Source: Pristiophorus japonicus (lineage: Eukaryota). Taken from it: a stretch of 64,000 nt of DNA. The notes under the pieces were generated by a model that worked only from the letters and a program-made list of their open reading frames with translations, was not told where the DNA came from and made no database searches. The stretch spans positions 10,106,001 to 10,170,000 of the forward strand of contig NC_091999.1 in the NCBI RefSeq assembly GCF_044704955.1, written 5' to 3'. Within the stretch, counting starts at the first letter, position 1. Every line of letters starts with the position of its first letter. A program made the position numbers and the translations under genes. Positions 1 through 12,789 of this stretch are shown piece after piece.

Positions 1-465
1 TGTTCCAGATTTTCTGACTGGTGGAAAAATCCTCACTGCATCTACCTTGTCGAGCGCCCTCAGTATTTTACATGTTTCAATAAGATCAAGTCTCATTCTT
101 CTAAATTCCAATGAGTAACAGAAAACCTGCTCAACCTTTCTTCACAAGTCAAAACCTTCATCACATTAATCAAGCTAAGCTTCTGTGAACCTTCTCTGAA
201 GTGCCTCCAATGCAATTATATCCCTCTTTAAATAAGACCAAAACTGTACGCAGTACTCTAGGTGTGGTCTCAGCGATACCGGATACAATTGAAGCGGTCT
301 CCACTGCTTTTATACTCCATCCCCCTTGCAATAAAAGCCAACTGTCCATTTGCCTTCCTGATTATTTGCTGTAACTGCAGACTAAATTGTTCTGTTTCAT
401 GCACAAAAATACCAGGTCCCACTGTACAGCAGCATTGTTTAATCTCTCGCCATTTAAATAATAAT
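1..465 (-). mobile_element. CR1-type LINE fragment (3' part of ORF2)
   Basis: ORF 270..473(-) has [19 protein letters not shown], the same post-RT segment found in the other CR1 copies here. Confidence 0.75.
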
Positions 466-2783
466 AGTGACAATAATTATAAAATCAAACAAGAGTTACA
501 GCACTGAAGAAGGCCATTCGGCTCGTGGGTTCCGTGCTGGCTGTCTGCAACAGCACTCCGGCTAGTTCCACTTCCCCGCTTTTTCTCCGCAGCCCTGCAA
601 AACCTTCGCTTCACCAGTTACCCGACTCCATTTTGAAAGCTACGATTGAATGCGCTTCCTCCAACCTCTCAGGCAGAGCATTCCAGATCCTAACCACTCG
701 CTGTAAAAATATGTTTTCCCCATGTCACCTTTTGTTCTTATGCCAATTACCTTAAATCTGTGTCGTCTGCTTCTATAACCGTTCGCCAATGAGATCAATT
801 TCTCTCCAGTTACACGCCTAATGATTTTGGACAGCTCTATCCAAACTCGTCTCAAAATTTGCTGCTCTGAGGAGAACTACCCGTGCGTATCTTGTTTATG
901 CACGTAACTTAAGTCGCTTAATCCTGGAACCATTCTTCTATATCTTGTCTGCACCCTCTTTATGTCTTTCACATCCTTCCTAATATTTGGTGCCCAGAAT
1001 TGGACACATTACACCAATTCAGAATGGACCAGTGTTTTATAAATGTTCATCAAAGCTTCATTGGCTCTGTATTCCTTGCTTCTATTTATGAGGCCGAGGA
1101 TCACATATGTTTTGTTAAATGCTTTTGCAAGCTACCCTCCCAGCTTCAACGATTTCTGCAGATATACACCTCCGTCTCTCTGTTCATGCATGTGCTTTAG
1201 AATTATACCCTTATGTTTATATTGCCTCTGCTCGTTCTTTCTCCAAAAATGCATCATTTCACACTTATCTGCGTTAAATTTCAGCTGCCACGTGTTCGCC
1301 GATTCCAGCAGACTGCCTGTGTCCTCTTGAAGTTATCACTATCTTCCTCACTGTTCATTAGACTTCCAAGTTTTGCGTCATCTGCATGTTTTGAATTCGT
1401 TCCCTGTACACCCAAGTCCATTTCTCCAACATATATCAAGAATAGCAGTAGTCTGGGTGCCGATCCCTGGGGAACAAAACTATGTACCATCCTGCATTCT
1501 GAAACGCAACTATTCACCTCTATTCTGTTTCCTGTCACTAAGTGAATTTCGTATCCATGATGCCACTTTCACTTTTGTTCGATGGGCTTCAATTTTGCTG
1601 GCATGTCTATGAAATGGCGCTTTATCAAACGCATTTTCTGAAGTTCAAGTAAACTACATCAACTCATTACCTTCATCAACACTCTATGTTACCTCATGAA
1701 AGAACGTAATCAAGTTAGTTAAACACAAATTCCCATTAACAAATCCGTGCTGTCTTTCCTTAATTAATCCACGTTTGTCCAAGTGACTGTTAATGTTGTC
1801 CCTGATTATTGTTTCGCAAAGCTTCCCTACTACCGAGGTTAAACTGACTGGCCTGTAGTTACTGGGTTTATCCTTATACCATTTTTTGTTCAAGGGTGTA
1901 ACGCTTGCAGTTCTTCAGTCCTCTGGCACCACCCCCGTGTCGAAAAAGAATTGGATAATTATGGCCAATACTTTCGCAAATTCCACTTTTGCTTTCCTCA
2001 GCAACCAAGGATACATCCCATTTAAGTACAACCAGTCTTTCTAGTACCTCCTTTGGATCAAATGTTATCCCAACCAGTATCTCCAATATCTCCTCTTTCA
2101 TTACAACTTGGGCAGCATCTACTTCCTTGATAAAGACAGATGCAGTGTACTTCTTCAGTAACTCAGCCATAGCTTCTGACTCCCTGGTCTTTAATTGAGC
2201 CCATACCTCTACTTACTATCCATTTACTATTTGTACACTTATTGAAGACTTTTGAATTCCCTTTTATTTTATCTGCCAACCCAATCTCATTTTCACTCTT
2301 TGCTCCTCTTATTTTCTTTTTCACTTCCTCTCTGAACTTTCTGTATTCAGCCTGATTCTCCCTTGTATTCTCAACCCGATACACGCTCTTTTTCTGCTTG
2401 AGCTTACTCTCTATCGCTTTCATAATCCAGGGAATGGTGCTTTTAGTTGTCGTAACTTTCTCTCTCAAGGGATTGTTCCTCGACTGTACCGAACCAACTC
2501 CACTTTAAAGTCAGCCTACAGTTTGAATGCAGTTTTGACAGCCAATTTTGATTAAATTTATCCGGGCCAGATCAACTCTCAGCGAACTGAAATTGGCCTT
2601 CCTCAAATTAAGTACTTTAGACTAGATTGCTCCCTGTCCGTTTCCATAGCAAATCTAAAACTTATGATGCTATGAGCAAAGTTACCTAAATTTTCCCCTT
2701 ACGACACTTGGTCCACTTACCCCACCCATTCCCCAGAACCAGATCGAGCAATGCCTCCTTCCTCGTGGGGCTGGAAACGTACT

Positions 2784-5700
2784 ATATTTACTCGTTCATC
2801 GGATGTGGGCGTCGCTCGTAATGCCGGCATTTATTGCCCATCCCTAATTGTCCTTGAGAAGATGGTGGTGAGTCGCCATCTTGAAATATAGAAACATAGA
2901 AAATTGGTGCAGGAGAAGACCATTCGGCCTTTGAACCTGCAGCACCATGTAATATGATCATGGCTGAACATGCAACTTAAGTACCCGATTCCTGCTTTCT
3001 CTCCATAACCATTGATCCCTTTAGCCGTAAGGGCCTCATCTAACTCACTTTTGAATATATCTAACGAACTGGACTCAGCAACTTTCTGTGGTAGAGAATT
3101 CCACAGGTTCACAATTCTCTGAGTGAAGAAATTTCTCCTCATCTCGGTCCTAATTGGCTTACCCCTTATCCTTCGACTGTGACCCCTGGTTCTTGACTTC
3201 ACCAACTTCGGGAACATTCTTCCTGCATCCAACCTGTCCAGTCCCGTCAAAATGTTATATGTTTCCAGGAGATCCCCTCTCATTCTTCGAAATTCCAGTG
3301 ATTATAAACCTCGTCGATCCATTCTTTCTTCATATGTCAGTCCCACCATCCCGGGAATCAGTCTGATGAACCTTCGCTGCACTCCCTCAATGGCAAAATG
3401 TCCTTCGTCAGATTAGGAGAATAGAACTGTACACAATATTCAAGGTGTGGCCTCACCAAGGCCCTGTACAAGTGCAGTAAGACCTCCCTGCTCCTATACT
3501 CAAATCCCCTCGCTATGAAGGCCAACATGCCATTTGCCTTCTTCACTGCCTGCTGCACTTGCATGCCAACTTTCAATGACCGATGTACCATAACACCCAG
3601 GTCTCGTTGCACCTCCCCTTTTCCGAATCTTTCACCATTCAGATAATAATCTGCCTTCCTGTTTTTGCCACCAAAGTGGATAACCTCACATTGATCTACA
3701 TTATACTACATCTGCCATGCATTTGCTCACTCACCTAACCTGTCCAATTCACCCTGCAGCCTCTGAGCAGCCTCCTCAGAGCTCACATTACCATCCAGCT
3801 TAGTGTCATCTGCAAACCTGGAGATATTACATTCAATTTTTCCATCTAAATCATTAATGAACATTGTAAATAGCTGGGGTCCCGGCACTGAACCTTGCGG
3901 TACCCCACTAATCATTGCCTGCCATTCTGATAAGTACCCGTTTTTTCCTACTCCATGCTTCCATTTCTCTATCCACTTCAATACATTACCCCCAGTACCA
4001 TGTGCTTTAATTTTGCACACTAATCTCTTGTGTGGGGCCATGTCAAAAGCCTTTTAAAAGTCCAAATAAACCACATGCACTGGTTCTCCCTTGTCCATTC
4101 TACTAGTTATACCCTCAAAAAATTCTAGAAGATTCGTCAAGCTTTATTTCCCTTTCATAATTGCATGCGAACTTGGACTGATCTTGTCACTGCTTTCCAA
4201 ATGAGCTGCTATTTTATCTTGAATAATTGATTCCAACATTTTCCCTAGTACAGATGTCAGGCTAACCCCTCTATAATTCCTTGTTTTCTCTCTCCCTCTT
4301 TTTTTAAAAAGTGGGGTTACATTAGCTGCTGTCCAATCCATAGGAACTGATCCAGAATCTATAGAATTTGGAAAATGACGACCAACGTATCCACTATTTC
4401 TAGGGCCACTTCTTAAGTACTCTGGGATGCAGACTATCAGGTGCTGGGGATTTATCGGCCTTCAATCCCATCAATTTCCCTTACACAATTTCCGGACAAT
4501 AAGGGTTTACTTCCGATCCTCCTTCTCGCTGGACCCTCGGTCCCCCAGTATTTTCGGAAGGTTATTTGTGTCTTCTTTAGTGAACCACATCAATGTGAGT
4601 GGTGAGGGTACTGTTCTGGAGGGATTTCCAGTATCTTGACCCAGTGATGGTAAAGTGATGGTGATATACTTCGAAGTCAGGATGATGTGTAAATTGAAGG
4701 GGAATTGCCGACTGCCCTTGATACTCTAGGCAGTAACGTCGCGGTTTGGGATGTGCTGCCGAAGAAGCCTTGTCGAGTTGCTGAAGTGCACGTTGTAGAT
4801 GGTGCACACTGCAGCCATATTGCACTGGCTGTGGAAGAACGGAAAGTTTAAGGTGGCACATGGGCTGCCAATCAGGCGTGCTGCTTGCTCTTGGATGGTG
4901 TCGAACTTATTGAATGTTGTTGAAGCTGCACTCATTCAGGAATGTGGGGAGTATTCCATCACACTTCTGATTTGCGCCTTGTAGATGTTGGAAGTACTTT
5001 GTGGGATCTGGATGTGGTGCAGTCGCCACAAAATACCCCGCCTCTGACCTGCTCTTGTTGTGATCGTTATTTATGTGCTTGGTGCAGTTTGGTTTCTGGT
5101 CAATGGTGATCCTCAGGACGGTGAGTATGTTCTGGTTATACCCTTGTTTGTTCCAGATAGTCATTTACAGGCTCTTAGGTGGTGCAAATATTACTTTCTG
5201 CTTATCAGCCCAAGCCTGAATGTCATCCAGGTCTTGTTGCAATTGGGCATAGACTGCTTCATTTTCTGAAGAGTTGCGATGGCACTGAACACTATGAATC
5301 ATCAGCAAACACCGACACTCCACACTTCTAAATTTATCATGGAGGGAAGATCTTCGATGAAGTTGCTGAAGAAGGTTGGGCCGAGGGCACTGCCCCGAGC
5401 AACTCCTGCAGCGATGTCCTTGGGCTGTGATGATTGTGCTCCAACCATTATCACCATCATTTTGTTCTGGAAATGTCTCCCGCCAGGGGAGAGCACCACC
5501 CGATTTCCATTGATTTTCATTTGCTTGGGCTCCTTAATGTCACACCAAGTCAAATGCTGCCTTCATGTCAGGGGCTTTCATTCTCACCTCATCTCTGGAA
5601 TTCAGCTCTTTTGTCGATATTTCGACCAAGGCTGTAATGATGTCTGGAGCCGAGTCGTCCTGGGGGGACCCAAACTAGGCATTGGTGAGCAGGTTATTGG

Positions 5701-6825
5701 CGAGTAATTGCCATTTGATAGCACTGTTAATGATACCTTCCATAATTTGCTGATGATTGAGAATAGACTGCTGGGCTGTTAATTGTGCGGATTGGATTTG
5801 TCCTGCTTTATGTGGACAGGACATACACCGGCAGTTTTCCACATTGTTGTAGGTGCATCAGAAGACCTTGACTGGAGGCGCAGCTAGTTCTGAAGCACAA
5901 GTCTTCAGGCCGACAATCAGGATGTTGTCGGGACCGCTAACCTTTGCAGTATCCAGGAACTCAGCCTTTTCTTGAGATTACGTGGCATGAATCGAATTGG
6001 CTGAAGATTGGCTTCTAATGGTGGTGACCCCATGCCGATATGGATCATCCATTTGTCATTTTCGCTGAAAATGGTTGCAAACGCTGCAAACGTGTCTTTT
6101 GCACTAACGTACTGGCTCTGCCATCTTTTCAGATGTGGATATTCATGGAGCCCCCATCTCCCGTTAGTGGTTTAATGCTCCACCACCATTCACGACGGGA
6201 TGCAGCAGGACTGCTGAGCTTTGATCTGATCGTTTGTTTGTGAGATCGCTTAGCCTTGGCTATGGCATGCTGCATCGACGTTTTAGCGTGCAAGTAGTCT
6301 GTGTTGCAGCTTCCCCAGGATGGCATCTCATTTTTACATTAATCTAGTGCGGCTTCTGGCATGCTGTTCTACAGTCAACTCTGAACCAGGGTTGTTCCCC
6401 TAGCTTAATGGTATTGGTAGACTGAGGGATATGCCGGGCCATTAGGGTACAGATTGTGGTGGATTACAATTCTGCTGCTGCGTCATGAGCTGCAAGACCT
6501 GTTCTGAATCTATCCCATCTCGCCCGTTTGTAGTGCCAAACAACACGATAGAGGATGTCCTTAGTGTGAAGATGGGACCTCGTCTCCACAATGACTTTGC
6601 AGTGACCACTGCTGCCAATGCTGACATGGACAAATGCATCTGCGAAAGGTGGATTGGTGAAGACGAGGTCAAGTTGTTATTATTCCTCGTGTTGTTTCAC
6701 TCACCACCTCCGGCAGGCCCAGTCTGGTAGCTCTGTCCCCAAGACTCGGCCAGCTCGGCCAGTAGTGGTGTTACCGAGCCAATCTTGTTGATGGACATTA
6801 AAATCTCCCACCCAGAGTGCATCTG
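2784..6825 (-). mobile_element. Second LINE family (CR1/L2-clade RT), itself interrupted at ~2886-4580
   Basis: ORF 5302..5553(-) GVARGSALGPTFFSNFIEDL; 3' end gatgtgggcgtcgct... also seen at ~60790; ...catcttgaa|tgaaccac continuity across the insert. Confidence 0.7.
2886..4580 (-). mobile_element. Younger 5'-truncated CR1 LINE
   Basis: (tttctatg)n-type 3' tail at 2886-2905; RT ORF fragments FADDTKL and [12 protein letters not shown]. Confidence 0.85.
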
Positions 6826-7746
6826 ATCAAGAAAGTTCTCCTGAACACACAATTAATTTCTTCCCCCTCTCTGCCCTTTATGGTATTATTATCCCAGACT
6901 ATATCAGCATAGTTCAAGACTTCCGTTCTCAGTAATCGATAGTTCTTGTACTTCTCTTAATTTACCTGCAAATGCCCCCATCTATATCCTTCCCACTATG
7001 TGGCAGGCTATATAATACACTCAGTAGTGCAATTGCAGCTCTATTATTTCTTATATCTAAGCAAAGGGAGTCTGTGCTTGACCCATCCAGTACATAGCTT
7101 CCCTCCAGCACTGTAACATTCTCCTTAACTAATACTGCCAACCCAACTCCTTTCTTTCCTACCCATTCCTGAACACCTATATCCACGACTAATTAATACC
7201 CAATCCTGCCCTTTTGTCAGCCGCTTTCGTCACAACATCATATTCGCATGTGGCCATTTCCACCTGCTGCTCAACAACCTGATTAACCAAGCATTGTGCG
7301 TTTATCTATATTAGATATTCTTATATTCTCTCTTCGTTTGACCACCAACTAATAACGTAATATTTATTATTCTAGTGCTATCTGTATTCTTCAATCTAAT
7401 GGCACTTCCTGGTGCCCAACCCTTTGCAAAATTGGTTTAAAGCCTCCCAACAGATCGCGTAACCCCCACCCCCCCGGCTGGGGAATATTTGTCCCGGAAG
7501 TTGAGGTGCAACCCTTCCTGCCGTTACTGTTCCCACTTCCCCTGGAGCGGGTCCCAACATGCTAGGAATCTAAAGCCGTCCCTCTTGCACCATCTCTCCA
7601 GCCAGGCATTGCTTTGCTCCATCCTACTTTTCCTATAGTCACAAGCTCGTGGTACCGAGCGTATTCTGGAGCTTATTGCTTTTGAGCTGGTGCTTTTCTA
7701 ATCTCGTTCCGAGACACCTAAAATATGAAGGAATTCATCCCTCTTT

Positions 7747-8279
7747 CCACCATGATTAGGTTTTTCAACAGATGTCTCCGTGCTCTGAATCACTCTGCCT
7801 GTGATCCCCACTATGTGTAAGTTTTAGAACTCTCTCGGTGCTCTGTGTCACTATGTGTGTGTAATCCCCACTATGTGTAGGTTTTCGTACGACATTTCCT
7901 GTTCTCCCCTTCCTCCTGATCTCCATGTTTCTTCATGTCCACGCGCCTACTTTCCCTCTCCCTTTGCTCTCCCGCTCCACTTCCTCCCACTACTCTCACC
8001 ATCTCACTGCTCTCCCCCTGCTTCCTTCCCTCTCCTTGCTCTAAACAGATAAGTGAATAAGGATTTATGGGAACCGGGCAGGGAAGTGGACCTGAGTCCA
8101 TGATCGATTCAGCCTTGGTCGTATTAAATGGTTGAGCAGGCTCGAGGGGTCGTATGGCCTATGCCTGCATCTATTTCTTATGTTCTCATATTCCCTCCAT
8201 GCACTTTATCAGTGCGTATCTGTAATCCCCACCATGATCAGGTTGTTGTACAGCTCTCTCCGTGCTGTGTATCACTGTG
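7747..8279 (-). repeat. ~60-bp tandem array of four RSS-containing units, one split by a CR1-tail insertion (~7893-8187)
   Basis: 7747-7797 matches 8229-8279 at 42/51 nt by hand alignment; unit start tgt(a/g)atcccca at 7800, 7860 and 8221. Confidence 0.75.
8241..8279 (-). other. 23-RSS of the supporting V-delta
   Basis: CACAGTG + 23 nt + ACAACAACC on the minus strand. Confidence 0.9.
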
Positions 8280-8555
8280 CTGTGCGCCGGCTCCGCTGCA
8301 GTTTTGCGATGTTTAACCGGCTGATTTTCTCGGCAGAATCGATCGAAACAGAAATTCGGCCACCGGCAGCGTTCTCTTTATTCCCCTCTCCTGAAGTTTG
8401 TCTCTGAAGCAGGTATTTCGGAGCCTGCCCTGCGGACTGACAGTACCAGTGTATTGAGTGCTGACAGGCACCTGGAAATTCACAGCTTAAAGTAATGGTG
8501 TCACCTACAGTAGAGCTTTGTAGAGGCGGACTCTGGGACACTGTGGAACTGGAAG
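8280..8555 (-). pseudogene. NAR-TCR supporting V-delta exon (leaderless) with in-frame loss of the DSAVYYC motif
   Basis: Acceptor ttttcctctag|; ASSSTVSQSPPLQSSTVGDTITLSCEFPGACQHSIHWYCQSAGQAPKYLLQ...SRLNIAKLQRSRRTA; CDR1 Cys (GACQ) is typical of supporting V-delta; in frame with the upstream J donor; no YYC. Confidence 0.85.
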
Positions 8556-9739
8556 CTAGAGGAAAAAAATGGGAGAATGTTGTTTATTTGGCTGCCGTTT
8601 ACCCGGGGATAGTGGTTAATCACAGGAAAATTGTGTCTCTCACGTTGATGTTATTTTCAATTGAAGCCTGTTGTAAATTTATTCACTCTCAATGTCGAAA
8701 GAATAAGAGGCGGAGTTGAGAACGTTTTTTAAGCGACGAGTTGTTATGAATTGGAATGAACTGCCTGAAAAGGTGCTGAAACCAGATTAAATTGGAACTT
8801 TCAAAGTGGAATTGGATCAATACTGGAAAAGAAAACATTTGAAGGGCTATGGGGAAAGAGCAAGGGGCTGGAACCAAGTGACAGCACATTGACGAGCCGG
8901 CAGCTACACACTGGGTCGAATGACCTCCTTCTGTGCTGTATGATGTTATGATTGCTAGTAAATTTATCTTTCTATTTTTCTTGGTGCAAGATAAACCCGA
9001 GGTAACATTGTAATTCTCCTCCTCACTGAAGCAATTAACTTACAATGATAATTGACCCAGACGAACACGGCTGTATTATATAACTAAGCACAGCAAGATC
9101 CAACAACAAGCAGTGTGGTTTATCAGCACCGACTGAGCCAATCTGAAATGTTGTGGGTCAAAGACCAAGTGTTTAATCTTGCCTTACTCGTAACGGGAGC
9201 TACTGCCTGCCTTTAAATGTGTTTGACTTTTCTTCCGTCAATGGGGCAACTATTAAGCCATTTAAATTTAAGTTTAATTATTTACAGTTAGTTTCATTTT
9301 ATTTCTAGATCTGGGTCGCTCACTTTGTGCTGTTTGTGGTTTTCTTGCCAGCCTGAGAACTTGTCCCAAAGTCTCTCAGTTGTTGGTTGGTTTCAGTCTG
9401 TGCAGCTTCCGCAGTGGTTTTACTGTTTCTCACCGGGAAGTGGCTCTTCAAACTCTCTGACAATTGCAGTTCCTCAGGCCCATTGGATGATTCAATCGGA
9501 TTTGCTCCGGGTGGAGCTTTCTCTGAGTTTTACATTGTACAGAATCTGCAGAAAAGGAACAGGCCATTCGACCCAACGAGTGCATGTTGGTGATTATACT
9601 CTACACGAGGCTCCTCCCACTCTAATTGCCTCTTCCCACTCTGAACACTGGTCATCCATTCCTTTCTTATCATGTGTTTTCCAAGAGCACTTAATTGCAT
9701 CAAGGCTATCTGTTCCAACTTGTCCATGTGGAAACATAG

Positions 9740-11600
9740 CAACTTAGAAATTTACAGCGCAGAAGAAGGCCATTGCGGCCATCGTGTCTGCGCTGGCCGA
9801 CAAAGAGCCACATGGCCCTTGGTCTACAGCCCAAAAGGTTACGTATTAACCTATGAACAATGACGGAAAGGCAAAGTGCACCCAGCCAAACCAGCCCGCC
9901 TCACACAACTGCCACACCCCTTATACTAAAACATTCTACACTCCATCCCAACCGGAGCCATGTGATTTCCTTTAAACTTTTATACTAAATTGTCCCAATC
10001 AATATTTGGAGAGTTAAAATCCCCTACTGTTACTCCCCTATGGTTTTTGGACTTCACAGCAATTTGCCTACATATTTGCTCCTCTATCTCCCTCCCACTG
10101 CTTGGCGGTCTATAATACACGCCCAGCAGTGTGATCGCCCCTTTTCGTTTCAATTCGACCCGTATGGCCTCATTGGATGATCCCTCTAGAGTATCATCCC
10201 TCCTCACCACTAAAAAAGTTTCTTTAATCAGTACCGCAACCCTCCCGCCTTTTTTATCCGCAATCTATCTTGTCTAAAAACCCTGCAGCCAGGAATATTG
10301 ATCTGCCAAACCTGCCCATATTTCAGCCATGTTTCTGTAATGGCGGTGATGTCATACTCCCAAGTGTCTACATGTGCTCTTAGCTCATCCGCCTTATTCG
10401 CTATTGTAATGACTGAAAACTCACTCAGGTGTAATCTGATCCATCTTTATTCCAGCTCAAGAGTGCCTACGTGACAAAGAGACCCAGCTTATATACAGTT
10501 GACCAAACACACGTGTCACATGCCTGCAGACTGATGTCCGCCGTCCACAGCGCCCTGTGGTGTGTGGTGACCCCCAACATTAATACATAACAGCTATACT
10601 CCTTGCATTAAAATATATAACATTCAGCACAGGAAGACCTCCTTCCTTATTACATACTAAGCCCTGCATCCTCTGTCTGACAGATTCGCTTTCTAGATTC
10701 TTGCTGTCTAATTTCTGCTTTACTTTCCGTCCTTTTCAGTTCGTTCTCAGGTTCCCATCCCCATGCCAAGCTAGATTAAACTCGCCCCAACAGCACTAGC
10801 AAAATTCCTCGTGACAATACTGGTCCCGACGCTGTTGAGGTGCATACCGTTCGGGTGTACAAGCCTTTCTCCCTAAGAAGCGATCCCAATGCATCAAGAA
10901 TTTAAAGCCCTCCCTCCCACTTTCCAGCCACGTCTTTATCCTGTCTAATCTTCCATTATTATATTCATTAGCACATGGCACCAGTAGTAACCCGGAGATT
11001 ACTGCCTTTGTGGACCTACCCTTTAATTTTCTTCCTAGCTCCCTGAATTCTTCCTGTGGGAACTCATTCCTCATTTTACCTCTGTCCCGATATGGACCAC
11101 GGCCTCTAGCTGATTACCATCCACACCCTCCCCCCCCCCCACCCCCGCCCCCCCCAGGATGCCCAAAGTCCGCTCTGTGACATCCTTGAACCTGACACCA
11201 GGGAGGCGCAAAACCATTCGGGAGTCACCTCTACGGCCGCAGAAACGTCTGTCTGTTACCCAAACTATAGATTCCCCTATCACTAAGGCTCTTTTGTTCT
11301 TCATATTTCCCAATTGCGTAGCTGAGTCACCCGTGGCACCTTGGAATTAGCTCTGGCTGCACTCCCCAGAGGCATCATCGTCGTTACTGGTACTCAGAAG
11401 TAAATATCAGTTTGAAAGCGAGATGAACTCATGGGGGGATTCCTACGCTACGTGCCTAGCACACTTACTACATCTGCTGTTCACCCACTTCCCCTCTACC
11501 TGCAGCCCTTTCAGCTGCGGGGTGACCATCTCCTGAAACGTGCTATCCACGTAGCTCTCAGTCTCGTGGATGCACCATATTGACTCCACCCGCTGCTCCA
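9740..11600 (-). mobile_element. CR1 fragments (ORF1 esterase-like and APE regions) in the J-to-supporting-V intron
   Basis: ORFs with GVYYRPPSS...VGDFN and LVIGESIV...DRRFCG...VVHIGT. Confidence 0.75.
10405..10592 (-). mobile_element. Short solo LTR (188 bp)
   Basis: TG...CA ends; 5-bp TSD GCTAT at 10400-10404 and 10593-10597; minus-strand TATA and AATAAA; inserted in CR1. Confidence 0.75.
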
Positions 11601-12695
11601 GGTCCGAAACGCGGCAGTGAGTTCCATATTCTGAATCCGCTCTGTGTAAATAAATTCTTCCACATGTCTTTAGTTGTTCTGTTAGTGACTATCTTATATT
11701 TGTGGCCCATTGTTCTGGTCTCACCCATAATGGAAACAGTTGCTCTACGTGCATCCTATCGAACCCTTTAATAATTTTAATAACCTACTTCAGGTCTCCT
11801 TGTTTTCTTTTCTTCTCCAAAGAAAAGAGCTCCCGCCTGTTCAATCTTTCCGGAAATGTGTGGATTTCTGCTGTGGTATTTTCCCAGGAATGTTAGAAAT
11901 CCAAAGCTGAGAAAAGGGCTGGAGCCCAATCCCAGTCCGTCCCTCCAGTAAAGCTCATTCCCCAGGTGTAGAGTTGTGCTTTGAACGGCCCAGAGACCGG
12001 TGTCTCTACACCCCCGCGTGGCCGGTGAAGTCAGATATTTCGCTCCTTTTCGCTGCACGTATCGGACCGGCCGCTGCAAATATCGTTCGGGCGGTTCTTG
12101 TAATGCATGCGACGCAGCAAATATAGGACCGGACGCAACATGTAACGGACGGACCACTGCAGGTATTGGACGAGTCACTGAATTGTTGGTTTCATTCTCC
12201 CATTACCTCATTCACACTGCCCGACTCTGACAGCCATCTCCTCTGTGCCCTTCCCAACTGCCTCCCCACCCACACCACCAGTGCTCCCAGAGAGAGGCTT
12301 ACCTCCCTCAGTCATGGTTAACACTGAGAGCGGAGTCCGGTGTATCGACAATCTGCGCTCAATTACAGCAACTGCGGATCAGAGAGAGTGAGAATCTGGA
12401 AAATTCTTTGCATATCCTGAGGTCCCCGTTACAGCAATGCTGATGCAGATGGGGGTCAGACCACTACAGCCCGCTTGCTTCGTGGGGGGGGGGGGGTCTT
12501 AAACCTTCAGTCTCCGGAACCGAGCCCCACCCCAGTTCATATTCCAACTCCTGAAAACTGCAATGGACAGGCTCTATTCGGAAACAGCTCTGTTTTACTT
12601 CGAAGGAGATTGAGGTGATATTGATCACTATACTAAACTGACGGTGAATATTAACCTGGAAAGTCTGTAATGTGGCGTGGTTTGGAGTCACTTAC

Positions 12696-12750
12696 CGGCT
12701 GTGACAGTCACCGCAGTTCCGGATCCATCCACTGTATCATAATAATCCAC
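12696..12750 (-). CDS. NAR-TCR J segment (VDYYDTVDGSGTAVTVTA)
   Basis: IgNAR-like xGSGTAVTV motif; phase-1 donor G|GTAAGT at 12695; preceded by a 23-RSS. Confidence 0.9.
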
Positions 12751-12789
12751 CACAGTGACACTGCTCTCAGTCACCCTGGTACAAGAATC
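12751..12789 (+). other. 23-RSS of the NAR-TCR J
   Basis: CACAGTG (12751-12757) + 23 nt + ACAAGAATC (12781-12789). Confidence 0.9.

Larger units (their letters stand above)
480..7740 (-). mobile_element. Decayed CR1 LINE split by an insertion (pieces ~480-2783 and ~6826-7740)
   Basis: RT motifs (PSNYRPVSLTSVVGK, VPQGS, ADDAKL) in the left piece; APE endonuclease-like sequence (GVGLAVLVKE) in the right piece; junction ...gaaacgtact|gatcaagaaag appears to rejoin. Confidence 0.7.

Noticed and set aside
11900-12180. CpG-rich patch in the NAR-TCR intron as an enhancer or extra exon
   Set aside because: No recognisable motif cluster, splice pair or coding similarity; likely an unclassified repeat
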